Source: Armatimonadota bacterium
Lineage (GTDB): Bacteria > Armatimonadota > UBA5829 > DSUL01
Length of the DNA stretch: 64,000 nt
NCBI GenBank assembly: GCA_052033935.1
Contig: JBPOJE010000011.1
Location: 2,909-66,908 of the forward strand
Direction: 5' to 3'
Positions 9,671 to 19,435 of this stretch are shown piece by piece (the stretch's first letter is position 1; each line of letters begins with the position of its first letter). Position numbers and translations under genes: made by a program. Below the pieces are notes generated by a model that worked only from the letters and a program-made list of their open reading frames with translations, did no database searches and had not been told where the DNA came from.

Positions 9671-11001
9671 TGCGGCGCGGACTTGCACTGACCGGGGCCG
9701 TGGTTCTGGCCTGTCTTCTGGTCGCGGGGTGCGGCGGCAAGAAGGCAGAAAAGATGCCGCGCGGTCAAGTGCGCATAGATGTGTGGCACCCGTGGGGCGG
9801 CACGCAGGCCGAGGCGTTTCAGAAGATCGCCGACGAGTTCAACCGCACGCACCCATCCATCCGCGTGCGGCTTCTCTACACACCCAACGACCTCGCGTCG
9901 AACCAGAAGTTCTTTACAGCCGTGGCAGCCAAGCTCCCGCCGGACGTCATTATGGTGGACGGTCCGCAGGTGGCGCAGTGGGCGGAACAGGGCGCGCTGG
10001 AGCCGCTGACGGGCAGGCTTGAGGCGGCCGGGATCCGCGAGGCGGACTTCTACACCCCCTGCTGGAAGCAGAACTTCTACGAAGGCGATGTGTGGGCGAT
10101 GACGTACTGCGCTGACCCGAATTTCGCTTTCGGGTGGAACAAGCAGGACTTCCGGGACGCCGGGCTGGACCCTGAGCGCCCTCCGGCGACGCTGGAGGAG
10201 ATGGACAGGTACGCTCGCGTGCTGACGAAATCGCAAAACGGCAAAATGCGGCGCATTGGCATAATCCCGTGGAACCAGTTCGGGTACGAGAACTCGCTGT
10301 TCACCTGGGGATGGGCGTTCGGGGGGTCTTTCTACGACGAGAAGACCCGCACCGTGACCGCCGATCACCCGCGCATTGTGCAAGCGCTCGAATGGATGTG
10401 CGAATACACGAAGAAGTACGATGTCAACCGCATCAACTCGCTGCAAGCGGGGTTCGGCACGCAGGAGCAGAACCCGTTCTATGTGGGCAAGCTGGCGATG
10501 CAGTGCCTGCACATTTCTTCTCTGAAGGACATCGAGATGTACGCGCCGCGCAAGTTCGACTACGGCGTGGGGTTTCTTCCGGCTCCGGCCTTCGGAGAGC
10601 AGCACAGCAGTTGGATCGGGGGCTGGTGCATGGCGATCCCGTCCGGGGCGAAGCAGCCTGACGCGGCATGGGAGTACATCCGCTGGATGACGTCCGACCC
10701 CGATGGCACCTGCACGGTTGCGCGGGAGGCGGGCCTGCTTCCGGGTTATCGCAAGAGCCGCTACTTCGACCCATCGGTTCCGAAGCCTCCGCACTATGAC
10801 GCATTTCTGCGGATACTGGAGGAGACGCGGCATCAGCGCCCGGTGATGCCCGCCCAGGCGTTTTACATGAGCGCGCTCAAGCGCGCGGTTGACCTTGCAA
10901 TACACGGCGACATAATCCCCCGCGAGGCGTTGCGGGAAGCGAGGGAAGACACTCAGAAGGAACTGGACCGGCTGCTGGCCGGCAGAAGGGGCTCACGATG
11001 A
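9670..11001 (+). CDS. Carbohydrate ABC transporter substrate-binding lipoprotein (GTG 9670)
   Basis: Lipobox LVAGC; VWHPWGG, PPDV, WNKQDFRDAGLDPERPP.T.EE, GGWCMAIP. Confidence 0.92.
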   Translation: MRRGLALTGAVVLACLLVAGCGGKKAEKMPRGQVRIDVWHPWGGTQAEAFQKIADEFNRTHPSIRVRLLYTPNDLASNQKFFTAVAAKLPPDVIMVDGPQVAQWAEQGALEPLTGRLEAAGIREADFYTPCWKQNFYEGDVWAMTYCADPNFAFGWNKQDFRDAGLDPERPPATLEEMDRYARVLTKSQNGKMRRIGIIPWNQFGYENSLFTWGWAFGGSFYDEKTRTVTADHPRIVQALEWMCEYTKKYDVNRINSLQAGFGTQEQNPFYVGKLAMQCLHISSLKDIEMYAPRKFDYGVGFLPAPAFGEQHSSWIGGWCMAIPSGAKQPDAAWEYIRWMTSDPDGTCTVAREAGLLPGYRKSRYFDPSVPKPPHYDAFLRILEETRHQRPVMPAQAFYMSALKRAVDLAIHGDIIPREALREAREDTQKELDRLLAGRRGSR

Positions 11002-11153
11002 GCAACGAAGAGGTGAGGGTCAGGGTGCGCTGTCAGGGCCGCCGGCTGAACGAGGCGCAGAGGGAGGGGCGAGCGCTTGTGAAGGACATCGCGGTGCTCG
11101 CCGCGGCCATTGCCGCCGCCGGGCTGCTGGCGTACTTCGGCTGGCAGAGATAA
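10998..11153 (+). CDS. Small 51-aa membrane protein (not in ORF track)
   Basis: ATGA overlap with the upstream stop; MSNEEVRVRVRCQGRRLNEAQREGRALVKDIAVLAAAIAAAGLLAYFGWQR with one C-terminal hydrophobic helix. Confidence 0.55.
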   Translation: MSNEEVRVRVRCQGRRLNEAQREGRALVKDIAVLAAAIAAAGLLAYFGWQR

Positions 11154-11179
11154 CCCCGGCCCCCAAAGCCCACGCGCCG

Positions 11180-11209
11180 TTGACACCGCCCGCGAGCGCT
11201 GGCTATCAT
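11180..11209 (+). promoter_or_regulatory. Sigma70-type promoter for gltA
   Basis: TTGACA (11180-11185), 18 nt, TATCAT (11204-11209). Confidence 0.65.
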
Positions 11210-11276
11210 ACACCTCTTCCCCCCGGATGCACCGTCAGCGCGAGCGGGGGATTCATCGCACAGGAAAACGGACGCA

Positions 11277-12542
11277 ATGAACACAGCCAGACTTATCCTC
11301 AACGGAGACGAGTACGAGCTACCGGTCGTCGTCGGAACCGAGAACGAGGTCGGAATTGATGTCACATCGCTGAGAAGCAAGACGGGCGCGATTGCGCTCG
11401 ATCCGGGCTTCGCGAACACGGGCTCGTGCAAGAGCGCCATCACGTTCATTGACGGCGAGAAGGGCATTCTGCGATACCGGGGATACCCGATCGAGCAGAT
11501 CGCCGCATCGCGCGCCACGTTCATCGAGGTCGCCTATCTTCTCATCTACGGTGCTCTTCCTACGCCCGAGGAGCTGGCCGAGTACTCGCGTCTGATGACC
11601 CGGCACAGCTTCATCCACGAGGATATGAAGAACTTCTTCAGCAACTTCCCTCCGATGACGCACCCGATGGCGATCCTCTCAGCAATGGTCGGGTCACTGT
11701 CCGGGTACTATCCCGATGGCACGGATGAGCTGAACATCTTGCGGGTGCTGGCAAAGGCGAAGACGATCAGCGCGTACGCCTACAAGAAGTCCATCGGCGA
11801 GCCGTTCGTCTATCCGAAGCCGGAGCTGAGCTACATCGCAAACATCCTAAACATGATGTTTGCGCATCCCTCCGAGGATTACGAGGTTCCGGAGGTGCTT
11901 GAGCGGGCGCTTCGCCTTCTGCTGATCCTCCACGCCGACCATGAGCAGAACTGCAGCACGTCCACCGTTCGCATGGTCGGGAGCAGCGGCGCGGGCCTGT
12001 TTTCGACGATATCGGCGGGCATCTGCGCTCTGTGGGGGCCTCTGCACGGCGGAGCAAACCAGGAAGTCATCGAAATGCTCGAACGTATCCGCGATGACGG
12101 CGGCGACTATAAGGCGTTCATCGAGAAGGCGAAGGACAAGAACGACCCCTCCCGGCTTATGGGCTTCGGGCATCGCGTGTACAAGAACTTCGACCCGCGC
12201 GCGAAGATACTCAAGGAGCAGGCGGACAACGTTCTGAAGCTGATGGGGATGGACGACCCGCTGCTCGACATCGCAAAACATCTGGAAGACATCGCCCTGC
12301 ACGACGACTACTTCATCGAGCGCAGGCTGTATCCAAACGTGGACTTCTACAGCGGGATCATCTACAAGGCGATGGGGATTCCCACGAACATGTTCACGGT
12401 TATGTTCGCGCTCGGGCGGATTCCGGGCTGGATCGCGCATTACCGCGAGATGAAGGCCGACCCGGACACACGTATCAATCGCCCGCGGCAGGTGTACGTG
12501 GGACCGGCCGAACGCCCCTGGGTTCGCCGCGAGGAGCGCTGA
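11277..12542 (+). CDS. gltA: Citrate synthase
   Basis: IDGEKGILRYRGY, LHADHEQNCSTS, WGPLHGGANQ, MGFGHRVYK, YPNVDFYSG. Confidence 0.97.
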   Translation: MNTARLILNGDEYELPVVVGTENEVGIDVTSLRSKTGAIALDPGFANTGSCKSAITFIDGEKGILRYRGYPIEQIAASRATFIEVAYLLIYGALPTPEELAEYSRLMTRHSFIHEDMKNFFSNFPPMTHPMAILSAMVGSLSGYYPDGTDELNILRVLAKAKTISAYAYKKSIGEPFVYPKPELSYIANILNMMFAHPSEDYEVPEVLERALRLLLILHADHEQNCSTSTVRMVGSSGAGLFSTISAGICALWGPLHGGANQEVIEMLERIRDDGGDYKAFIEKAKDKNDPSRLMGFGHRVYKNFDPRAKILKEQADNVLKLMGMDDPLLDIAKHLEDIALHDDYFIERRLYPNVDFYSGIIYKAMGIPTNMFTVMFALGRIPGWIAHYREMKADPDTRINRPRQVYVGPAERPWVRREER

Positions 12543-12560
12543 GGCAGGACTCTCGGGAGG

Positions 12561-14252
12561 TCAGATCTCCGTTACGACGGGGATGATGACGGGACGGCGG
12601 CGCGTTCGGGCGTTGACAAAGCGCGCAAGAGCATTGCGGATTTCGAGCCTCGCAGTTGCGACGTCCGTGACAGCGTCTTTCGGAATGTCGCGCAAATGGT
12701 CGCGGATGGCATCCGCCGCCTCGGCGAGGAATTCCTCCTCCTCGTCCATGAACCCGCGCGACAAGATGGAAGGCCCGTCGAGCAGGTCGCCAGTCACCTG
12801 ATCCACGGTGGACACCACGACCAGCACCCCGTCCGATGCCAGATGCCCGCGGTCGCGCAGGGCGGCATCGCCCACATCCCCCACCCCCAGACCGTCCACC
12901 ATCACCATTCCGGACTGCTCCACGGTGCCGATGACGGCCGCGCTGTCAGCGGTCAGTTCGAGTTTGTCCCCAACATCGAGCCTGATGACATTGGACGAAC
13001 GGTAGCCCGTCTCAACTGCCATCTCGCTGTAGAGGAACAGGTGACGCGCTTCTCCGTGCACGGGCACGACGAATTTCGGGCGGACGAGGCTCAACATCAT
13101 CCGGAGGTCTTCTTTGTTGGCGTGCCCCGAAACGTGCACCGGCTCGATATCATTGTAGATGACCCTTGCTCCGCGCCGGAACAGATTGTTGATGACGCGG
13201 TTAACTAGGCTCTCGTTTCCGGGAACAGGCTTGGCGGAGATCACGACCGTGTCTCCGGGCTGAATCTTGATTCTGCGGTGGTCGTCGTTCGAGATGCGCG
13301 TCAGCACGGAGAGCGGCTCACCCTGGCTCCCGGTGGTCATGATGACGACCTTGTCCGGCTCCCGATCCGGAATCTTCTCCACTTCCAGCAGCGCCCAGTC
13401 GGGGATCTTGAGATACCCGAGCTCGCGCGCCGTACGCACGTTCTGCGCCACGCTGCGGCCAACGACCGACATCTGGCGGTCATACTTGACGGCGAGATCG
13501 GCGATCTGCTGAATGCGGTGGATGTTGGACGCGAAGCTGGTGCAGATGATGCGGCCCGGTGCCTCCGAGAAGATACGCTCGAACACGCGCGACAGCACGC
13601 TTTCGCTCTGCGCGTGCCCTTCCTTCTCGATGTTTGTACAATCGCTCATCAGGGCCAGAACGCCTTCGTCGCCGATCTCGGCGAAGCGGACGATGTCGGT
13701 GTAGCGGTGATCCACCGGCATGGGATCGAACTTGAAGTCGCTCGTCATGACGATAGTTCCGGCCGGGGTGCGTATGGCGAGCGAGCAGGCATCCGGGATG
13801 CTGTGCGACACGTGGATGAACTCGACCTCGATGGAACCGAGCGAAACGCGGTCGCCCGCCGCCACCTCGTGGAGTCCCTCATCGCTCAGCTTGTGCTCCG
13901 CCAGCTTGGGGCGCACAAGGCCGAGCGTGAGGCACGTGCCATAGACCGGAACATCGAGTTCGCGAAGCACGTAGGGAAGGCCGCCGATGTGGTCCTCGTG
14001 CCCGTGGGTCAGACAGATGCCGCGGACTTTGTCCGCGTTCGCAGCGAGCCACGAGATATCGGGTATGACGATATCAACGCCGGGCATCTCCTCATCGGGG
14101 AACATCAGGCCGGCATCTATGACGATAATGTCATCTCCGTACTGAACGGCGGACATGTTCTTGCCGATCTCGCCGACGCCGCCGAGAGGCACAAATAACA
14201 AACTGTCAGTCAAAACAGGAACGCCTCTTTCCTTTGCCAGACGCGGAAACAA
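12561..14252 (-). CDS. rnj: Ribonuclease J
   Basis: PLGGVGEIGKN, THGHEDHIG, HSIPD, DFKFD, TGSQGEP, HVSGHA, PVHGE. Confidence 0.96.
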   Translation of the reverse strand: MFPRLAKERGVPVLTDSLLFVPLGGVGEIGKNMSAVQYGDDIIVIDAGLMFPDEEMPGVDIVIPDISWLAANADKVRGICLTHGHEDHIGGLPYVLRELDVPVYGTCLTLGLVRPKLAEHKLSDEGLHEVAAGDRVSLGSIEVEFIHVSHSIPDACSLAIRTPAGTIVMTSDFKFDPMPVDHRYTDIVRFAEIGDEGVLALMSDCTNIEKEGHAQSESVLSRVFERIFSEAPGRIICTSFASNIHRIQQIADLAVKYDRQMSVVGRSVAQNVRTARELGYLKIPDWALLEVEKIPDREPDKVVIMTTGSQGEPLSVLTRISNDDHRRIKIQPGDTVVISAKPVPGNESLVNRVINNLFRRGARVIYNDIEPVHVSGHANKEDLRMMLSLVRPKFVVPVHGEARHLFLYSEMAVETGYRSSNVIRLDVGDKLELTADSAAVIGTVEQSGMVMVDGLGVGDVGDAALRDRGHLASDGVLVVVSTVDQVTGDLLDGPSILSRGFMDEEEEFLAEAADAIRDHLRDIPKDAVTDVATARLEIRNALARFVNARTRRRPVIIPVVTEI

Positions 14253-14258
14253 CCGGTG

Positions 14259-15173
14259 TCACTGCTGGCCGCCCCGAGGTTTCAGGTCCACGCCATGCGG
14301 CAGGGCGGCTATTGCCGCGCGCAGAGTCTGCTTTTCGGCTTCTGTCGCGCCAACGAGCGGCAGGCGCACGCCGCCGCAGTCCCAGCCGCAGATTGCCAGC
14401 GCGGCCTTCACGGGCACGGGATTGACCGTGATGAACAGCGACTTGAAGAACGGATACAGATCCGCGTTCGCAACCGCCGCGCTGCCGATGCGCCCATCGA
14501 GAAAGTCGCGGATCATGGCCTGCATCTGCGCGGCGGCGAGGTGGGCGGCGACGCTCACCACCCCCACCGCTCCGATGGAGAGCATGGGCAGCGTAAGGCT
14601 GTCGTCGCCGCTGTAAACGGCGAAGTCCTCACCCGTACGGGCGATGATGTCCGTCACCTGATCCATGCTTCCGGCCGCCTCCTTGACGCCGATGATATTC
14701 TCGATTTCGGCAAGGCGCGCCGTTGTGGACGGATCCATGTTCACGGCGCAGCGGCCCGGGATATTGTAGAGCAGGATGGGCAGCGCGGTGCGCTCCGCCA
14801 CATGCCGGAAGTGCTGGTAGAGCCCTTCCTGCGAAGGCTTGTTGTAGTACGGCGCGACAATAAGCGCGCCGTCGCAGCCCGCCTTCTCAGCATAGTGACA
14901 GAGTTCCAGGCATTCGGCGGTGGAGTTTCCCCCGGTTCCGCCGATGACCAACCCGCGCGAACCGACGGCGTCGCGGACGACCCGGAAGAGTTCTCCGTGC
15001 TCTGCCATGTTGAGCGTGGCGGATTCTCCGGTTGTACCGGCGACAACCACGCCGTCAGACCCCGACTCGATGAGCGCCAGCGCCAGCTCTCCGGCACAGT
15101 CGAAGTCCATGGAGAGGTCTTCTTTGAACGGCGTGACCATCGCCGTCAGGACTCGTCCAAGCCTGGGACTCAC
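14259..15173 (-). CDS. dapA: 4-hydroxy-tetrahydrodipicolinate synthase (GTG 15173)
   Basis: TAMVTPF, GTTGES, PYYNKPSQEG, LYNIPGR, IGVKEA, YSGDD. Confidence 0.96.
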   Translation of the reverse strand: MSPRLGRVLTAMVTPFKEDLSMDFDCAGELALALIESGSDGVVVAGTTGESATLNMAEHGELFRVVRDAVGSRGLVIGGTGGNSTAECLELCHYAEKAGCDGALIVAPYYNKPSQEGLYQHFRHVAERTALPILLYNIPGRCAVNMDPSTTARLAEIENIIGVKEAAGSMDQVTDIIARTGEDFAVYSGDDSLTLPMLSIGAVGVVSVAAHLAAAQMQAMIRDFLDGRIGSAAVANADLYPFFKSLFITVNPVPVKAALAICGWDCGGVRLPLVGATEAEKQTLRAAIAALPHGVDLKPRGGQQ

Positions 15174-16195
15174 TGCGGACGCAACCAGCCTTTCTGGACG
15201 GCGACCTCGGCGATCTGGACGGCGTTCGTCGCGGCGCCTTTCCGGATGTTGTCGGCGACAACCCACATGTCCAGCGAGTTCGGGTTACCCGGATCCTGCC
15301 GAATGCGTCCGACGAACGTCTCATCGGCGCCCGCCGCATCGAGCGGCATGGGGTACTTGCCGTCCGCCGGATCGTCCACCACGACGATTCCGGGCTGGGC
15401 GGCGAGAAGCTCGCGAGCTTCCTCCGGCGAGATCGGAGACTCGAACTCGACATTGACCGTCTCGGAGTGGCCGCGCCACACCGGCACGCGCACGCAGGTA
15501 GCGGACACAGCGAGGTTCGGCATGCCGAAGATCTTTCGGGTCTCCTTGATCATCTTTATCTCTTCGCCATAGTATCCGGGGAACTCGTCCTGGAGTCCGC
15601 TGATCTGCGGGATGAGGTTGCCCAGAATCTGATACGGATAGTTCTCGATAGTGGGCGGGCGGCCTTCGGCGATCTCGTGAAGCTGCGCGTCGAGTTCACG
15701 AATGCCCGCGTTTCCGCTTCCGGACACGGACTGGTAGGTGGAGACGACGATGCGGCGCATCGGCGAGCGCCTGTTGAGCGGCGCGAGCGCGGCGACCATC
15801 TGGGTGGTGCTGCAATTCGGGTTCGAGATGAAACCATTGTGTGCGCGGATGGCGTCGGCGTTGGCTTCGGGCACGACGAGCGGGACGCGGTCGTCCATCC
15901 GGTAGTCGCCGCCGTTGTCCACCACAAAGCAGCCGCGCTCGACAGCCTGCCACCCGAAGAGCTGGCTGGCGCCCATCTCGCCCTCAGTGCCGGCAAAGAA
16001 CGCGATGTGCTTTCCTTCGAAAGCCTCGACAGTCGTCGGGAGCACCTGGTATTCCTTGCCGTCAATGACCTGCCTGCGCTCGCTGCGCGCAAGCACCGTG
16101 ATGCTGCTGGCGGGGAATGCGCGCTTCTTCAGGACCTTTACCATCTCCTCGCCGACGAGACCCGCGCCGACGACAACAACCTCATAGCCATCCAT
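15170..16195 (-). CDS. asd: Aspartate-semialdehyde dehydrogenase
   Basis: VVGAGLVG, PLVVPEAN, SNPNCST, STYQSVSGSG, ATCVRVPV..GHSE, DNIRKGAATNAVQIAE. Confidence 0.96.
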   Translation of the reverse strand: MDGYEVVVVGAGLVGEEMVKVLKKRAFPASSITVLARSERRQVIDGKEYQVLPTTVEAFEGKHIAFFAGTEGEMGASQLFGWQAVERGCFVVDNGGDYRMDDRVPLVVPEANADAIRAHNGFISNPNCSTTQMVAALAPLNRRSPMRRIVVSTYQSVSGSGNAGIRELDAQLHEIAEGRPPTIENYPYQILGNLIPQISGLQDEFPGYYGEEIKMIKETRKIFGMPNLAVSATCVRVPVWRGHSETVNVEFESPISPEEARELLAAQPGIVVVDDPADGKYPMPLDAAGADETFVGRIRQDPGNPNSLDMWVVADNIRKGAATNAVQIAEVAVQKGWLRPQ

Positions 16196-16284
16196 AATCG
16201 TGATGATTCACCTTTCCCGCCCCGGCCGCGGCCGGGGACTCTATCAGTATTGCGCATAGCAGGGCCGCCGCCCCGCGTCTATCG

Positions 16285-17061
16285 CTAGTCGAACAGAAAA
16301 CTCTCGAGCCCGTACACGAGCCCCTTGCGCTCCAGAACGCGACGGATTCCGAGAAGCACTCCGGGCATGAAGCTCTTGCGGTCGTAGGAGTCGTGCCGGA
16401 TGGTGAGGCCCTCACCCGGGTTTCCGAACAGGACCTCCTGATGCGCCACCAGCCCCGGCAAGCGCACGCTATGCACGGGAACACCGGACACGCTCTGACC
16501 CCTCGCCGGGTGTTCGTTTTCGTAGCGCAGTCCGGCGCCGCCCCTGGCGGCGGCGATTCTGGCTGCGGTCATAAGCGCGGTCCCGGAGGGGGCATCGAGC
16601 TTGCGCTCGTGATGCAGTTCGATGACTTCGGCCCCCGAGAAGAACTTTGCCGCCTGCTTTGCAAACTCCATCATCAGCACCGCGCCGACCGCGAAGTTCG
16701 GGGCGACAAGCACGCCCACGCCGTTTGCTTCAGCAAGCGTCCCCAGAACAGCGCGCTGGTCCGCTCCCAGCCCGGTCGCGCCGACGACGCATGCAACGCC
16801 GGCGTCCAGGACAGTTCTGGCGTTTTCGAAGACCGCCCCCGGCACCGAGAAGTCCACGACGACGTCCGGACGCACGGCCTTCAGAAGATCGGTCACGCTT
16901 TGCGCGAACACGGGGCCTTCCGCGGACTCGACAGCGGCCGCCGGGTCGGCGCCGCCGCAGAAGAGCATATCGTCCGCTTCGCGCACGGCATTGGCGACGA
17001 GGCTGCCCATCCGCCCTGCGCAACCGGCGACAGCAACGGCTATGCGACGATCCGCGCTCAT
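16285..17061 (-). CDS. dapB: 4-hydroxy-tetrahydrodipicolinate reductase
   Basis: VAGCAGRMG, VVDFS, APNFAVG, IELHHERKLDAPSGTA, HSVRLPG. Confidence 0.96.
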   Translation of the reverse strand: MSADRRIAVAVAGCAGRMGSLVANAVREADDMLFCGGADPAAAVESAEGPVFAQSVTDLLKAVRPDVVVDFSVPGAVFENARTVLDAGVACVVGATGLGADQRAVLGTLAEANGVGVLVAPNFAVGAVLMMEFAKQAAKFFSGAEVIELHHERKLDAPSGTALMTAARIAAARGGAGLRYENEHPARGQSVSGVPVHSVRLPGLVAHQEVLFGNPGEGLTIRHDSYDRKSFMPGVLLGIRRVLERKGLVYGLESFLFD

Positions 17062-18305
17062 GCCGCCATCACCCCTTCCAGTTCGGCGGCAGGGCCGATG
17101 ACGGCCATCGAGAGCGACTCCTCGCGCAGCAGTTCGTACGCCGCCGCTATCACGTCCGATGGCGTCACATCCTGAACGGACTGTAGTACTTCGTCGAGAG
17201 GCATCAGACGGTCGTAATCGAGAAGGCTCTTGGCCATCCGGCTCATGCGGCTGCCCATGGCTTCGTGGGCAAGGAGTACGGCGCCCCGGATGAGAGTCTG
17301 GGCCCTTCGGAACTCGGCGTCGGGGACTTCCTCGGCGGACACGCGGCGAAGCTCAGCGCGCACAAGTGAGAGCACTTCGCCGAGCGTATCCACGCCCGTT
17401 CCGCCGTACACCGCGAACATGCCGCCCTCGCGGAAGCAAACGCGGTAGGAGCCGATGTCGTAGGCCAGCCCGCGCTTTTCGCGAATCTCCTGGAACAGCC
17501 TGCTGCTCATGCCCCCACCCAGAATCGCATCGAGCACGGTGAGAGTGTACCTGCGCTGATCGTGCCCGGAATAGCCCGGCGCGCCGATGCAGAAATACGC
17601 GGCTTCGGTGTCCTTGTTGACGAGGCGGCGCGCGGGGATGTGCGCGACCGGCGGATATTCGACGGGCGGGGCGCTTCCGTTGAGTGAGCCCAGCGATCCG
17701 GCGGCGAGGTCAACAAGCTGGCCATGATCGAGATTGCCCGCGGCCGATATTACCAGGCGGCCGGGAGCGTAATGCACGTCGCGAAAACCCCTCAGGCTGC
17801 CGCTGGTGGCGGCGCGGACGGTTTCTTCCGTCCCGATGACCGAATGCCCGAGCTGGTGCTCACCCCATGTCACCTGGGCCAGGATATCGTGGACATGGTC
17901 TTCGGGAATGTCCTGGTGACGGCGTATCTCTTCGGTTACGACGTCTTTCTCGCGCTCGAGTTCGACAGGCTCGAAGGCGGAGTTCAGAAGCATGTCCGAG
18001 AGGACATCGAACGCGAGGGGCAGGAACTCCTTGAGAACGCGGGCATAATAGGTGGTGTGTTCGCGATCGGTGGCAGCGTTGATCTGTCCGCCGACCGAGG
18101 CGATCTCATCGGCGATGTCCCTTGCCGATCGCCGGGCCGTTCCCTTGAACAGCATGTGCTCGAGGAAGTGGGACATCCCGTGCTGGGACGGCTCTTCGTT
18201 CTTCGCGCCCGCGCCCACCCAGACGCCGAGTGCCACGCTCTCGACATGCGGAACGTGTTCGGTGACAACGCGAACCCCGTTGTTCAGTGTAGTAAGATTG
18301 ATCAT
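17058..18305 (-). CDS. M16 family zinc peptidase (pitrilysin/MPP-like)
   Basis: HFLEHMLFKGT (inverted HxxEH), NAATDRE, LGGGMSSRLFQEIREKRGLAY. Confidence 0.93.
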   Translation of the reverse strand: MINLTTLNNGVRVVTEHVPHVESVALGVWVGAGAKNEEPSQHGMSHFLEHMLFKGTARRSARDIADEIASVGGQINAATDREHTTYYARVLKEFLPLAFDVLSDMLLNSAFEPVELEREKDVVTEEIRRHQDIPEDHVHDILAQVTWGEHQLGHSVIGTEETVRAATSGSLRGFRDVHYAPGRLVISAAGNLDHGQLVDLAAGSLGSLNGSAPPVEYPPVAHIPARRLVNKDTEAAYFCIGAPGYSGHDQRRYTLTVLDAILGGGMSSRLFQEIREKRGLAYDIGSYRVCFREGGMFAVYGGTGVDTLGEVLSLVRAELRRVSAEEVPDAEFRRAQTLIRGAVLLAHEAMGSRMSRMAKSLLDYDRLMPLDEVLQSVQDVTPSDVIAAAYELLREESLSMAVIGPAAELEGVMAA

Positions 18306-18475
18306 GGCGCGAGAAGTGCCCGGACCGGCGTAAGGGGCGCGGGCCCCGTGCGGGCAGATACGTCTGGCCCGCGAATCGCCCGGTGCGGAGAGACTCTGAG
18401 GAGTTTACCTGAAACGGGGCGAAGCTAACAACGAGAACGCCGCACACGAAGTGCGGGATGGAAAGGCTGTAAGAG

Positions 18476-19276
18476 ATGGCAGATGTTTCTTCGCGCGGAG
18501 GCCGCCGCGGCTTTCTGAGGGGCGCCCTTGCCGCTATTGCCGGCGCGCTGGCGCCGGGCGCGGCCCGCACCCAGGAAGGCGCGACGGACGGCAGGCTCAA
18601 GACGGACGGCAAGATTCTGCGCCAGCGCGTTTCTCAGGGCGAGCCCCCCGTGGAGCCCCTTGACACGATGATCCACTTCCGCCGGTCGGACGACAACAAC
18701 GGCCGCGCAGTGACCCATGAGATTCTGTCGCTGACTCACGAGGAGAAGAGCAGCAAGTCCTTTCCGTGGACGATCTACGCTCATCTTGACACCCACCATG
18801 AGGAGGGCGACGCCTGCGTGCTATGCGCGCGATTGCACAAGTACGGGCCGGGCTGGTCGTCGGGACTGCATTCGGAGGTGTTCGCGCACAACAGGGCGGT
18901 GGCGCTCGGCGTCAACGTCGAGATGTTCAACGACTACAAGGGCAAGGAAGCCACGCAGGTCATCGGCGTGAACGTGCAGTCCATCCCGTCGAGCCCGAAC
19001 CCGACAGACGTGGGGCTGCAGATTCACGGCAGCGGGGGGTATCGGAGGGCCATCGCCATTGACAGCCACGGCGACACGGCAATTGACATCCGGGGCAAGT
19101 TCGGGACGGGCATCGCTCTCAACGGCCTGCAGCTTCGCCTGGGCGACGGAGGCGGCATCGCCCTTGACAGCGCGGGGGAGGTGGTGGTGCGCTACAGGGA
19201 CGGCGCGATTGAGTTTATGAAGGGCGCCGAGCGGATTGCGCACATCCGCCTAGAGGGGCCGGACCGGGCGCTGTAG
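18476..19276 (+). CDS. Tat-exported hypothetical protein, beta-strand rich
   Basis: Twin-arginine signal GRRGFLRGALAAIAGALAPGAA; no recognisable catalytic family. Confidence 0.7.
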   Translation: MADVSSRGGRRGFLRGALAAIAGALAPGAARTQEGATDGRLKTDGKILRQRVSQGEPPVEPLDTMIHFRRSDDNNGRAVTHEILSLTHEEKSSKSFPWTIYAHLDTHHEEGDACVLCARLHKYGPGWSSGLHSEVFAHNRAVALGVNVEMFNDYKGKEATQVIGVNVQSIPSSPNPTDVGLQIHGSGGYRRAIAIDSHGDTAIDIRGKFGTGIALNGLQLRLGDGGGIALDSAGEVVVRYRDGAIEFMKGAERIAHIRLEGPDRAL

Positions 19277-19435
19277 CAGGCGGGCGGCATCACCAGATAT
19301 GCGTCCGGTAAGCGCCGTTTGCCCCAATATCTGGCCGTCTGGCATGACTTGCGGCACTCGTGTGTGATACAATCAGTGCAGCAGCCAGAGATGGCGGGCG
19401 GCGGGACGCCGCGGTCGCAGGATGCGCAGCTACAC

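Noticed and set aside
8240-9688. 482-aa version of the sugar isomerase
   Set aside because: The extension is antisense to the 9194-9670 gene and crosses its promoter; the family domain begins near ATG 9052.
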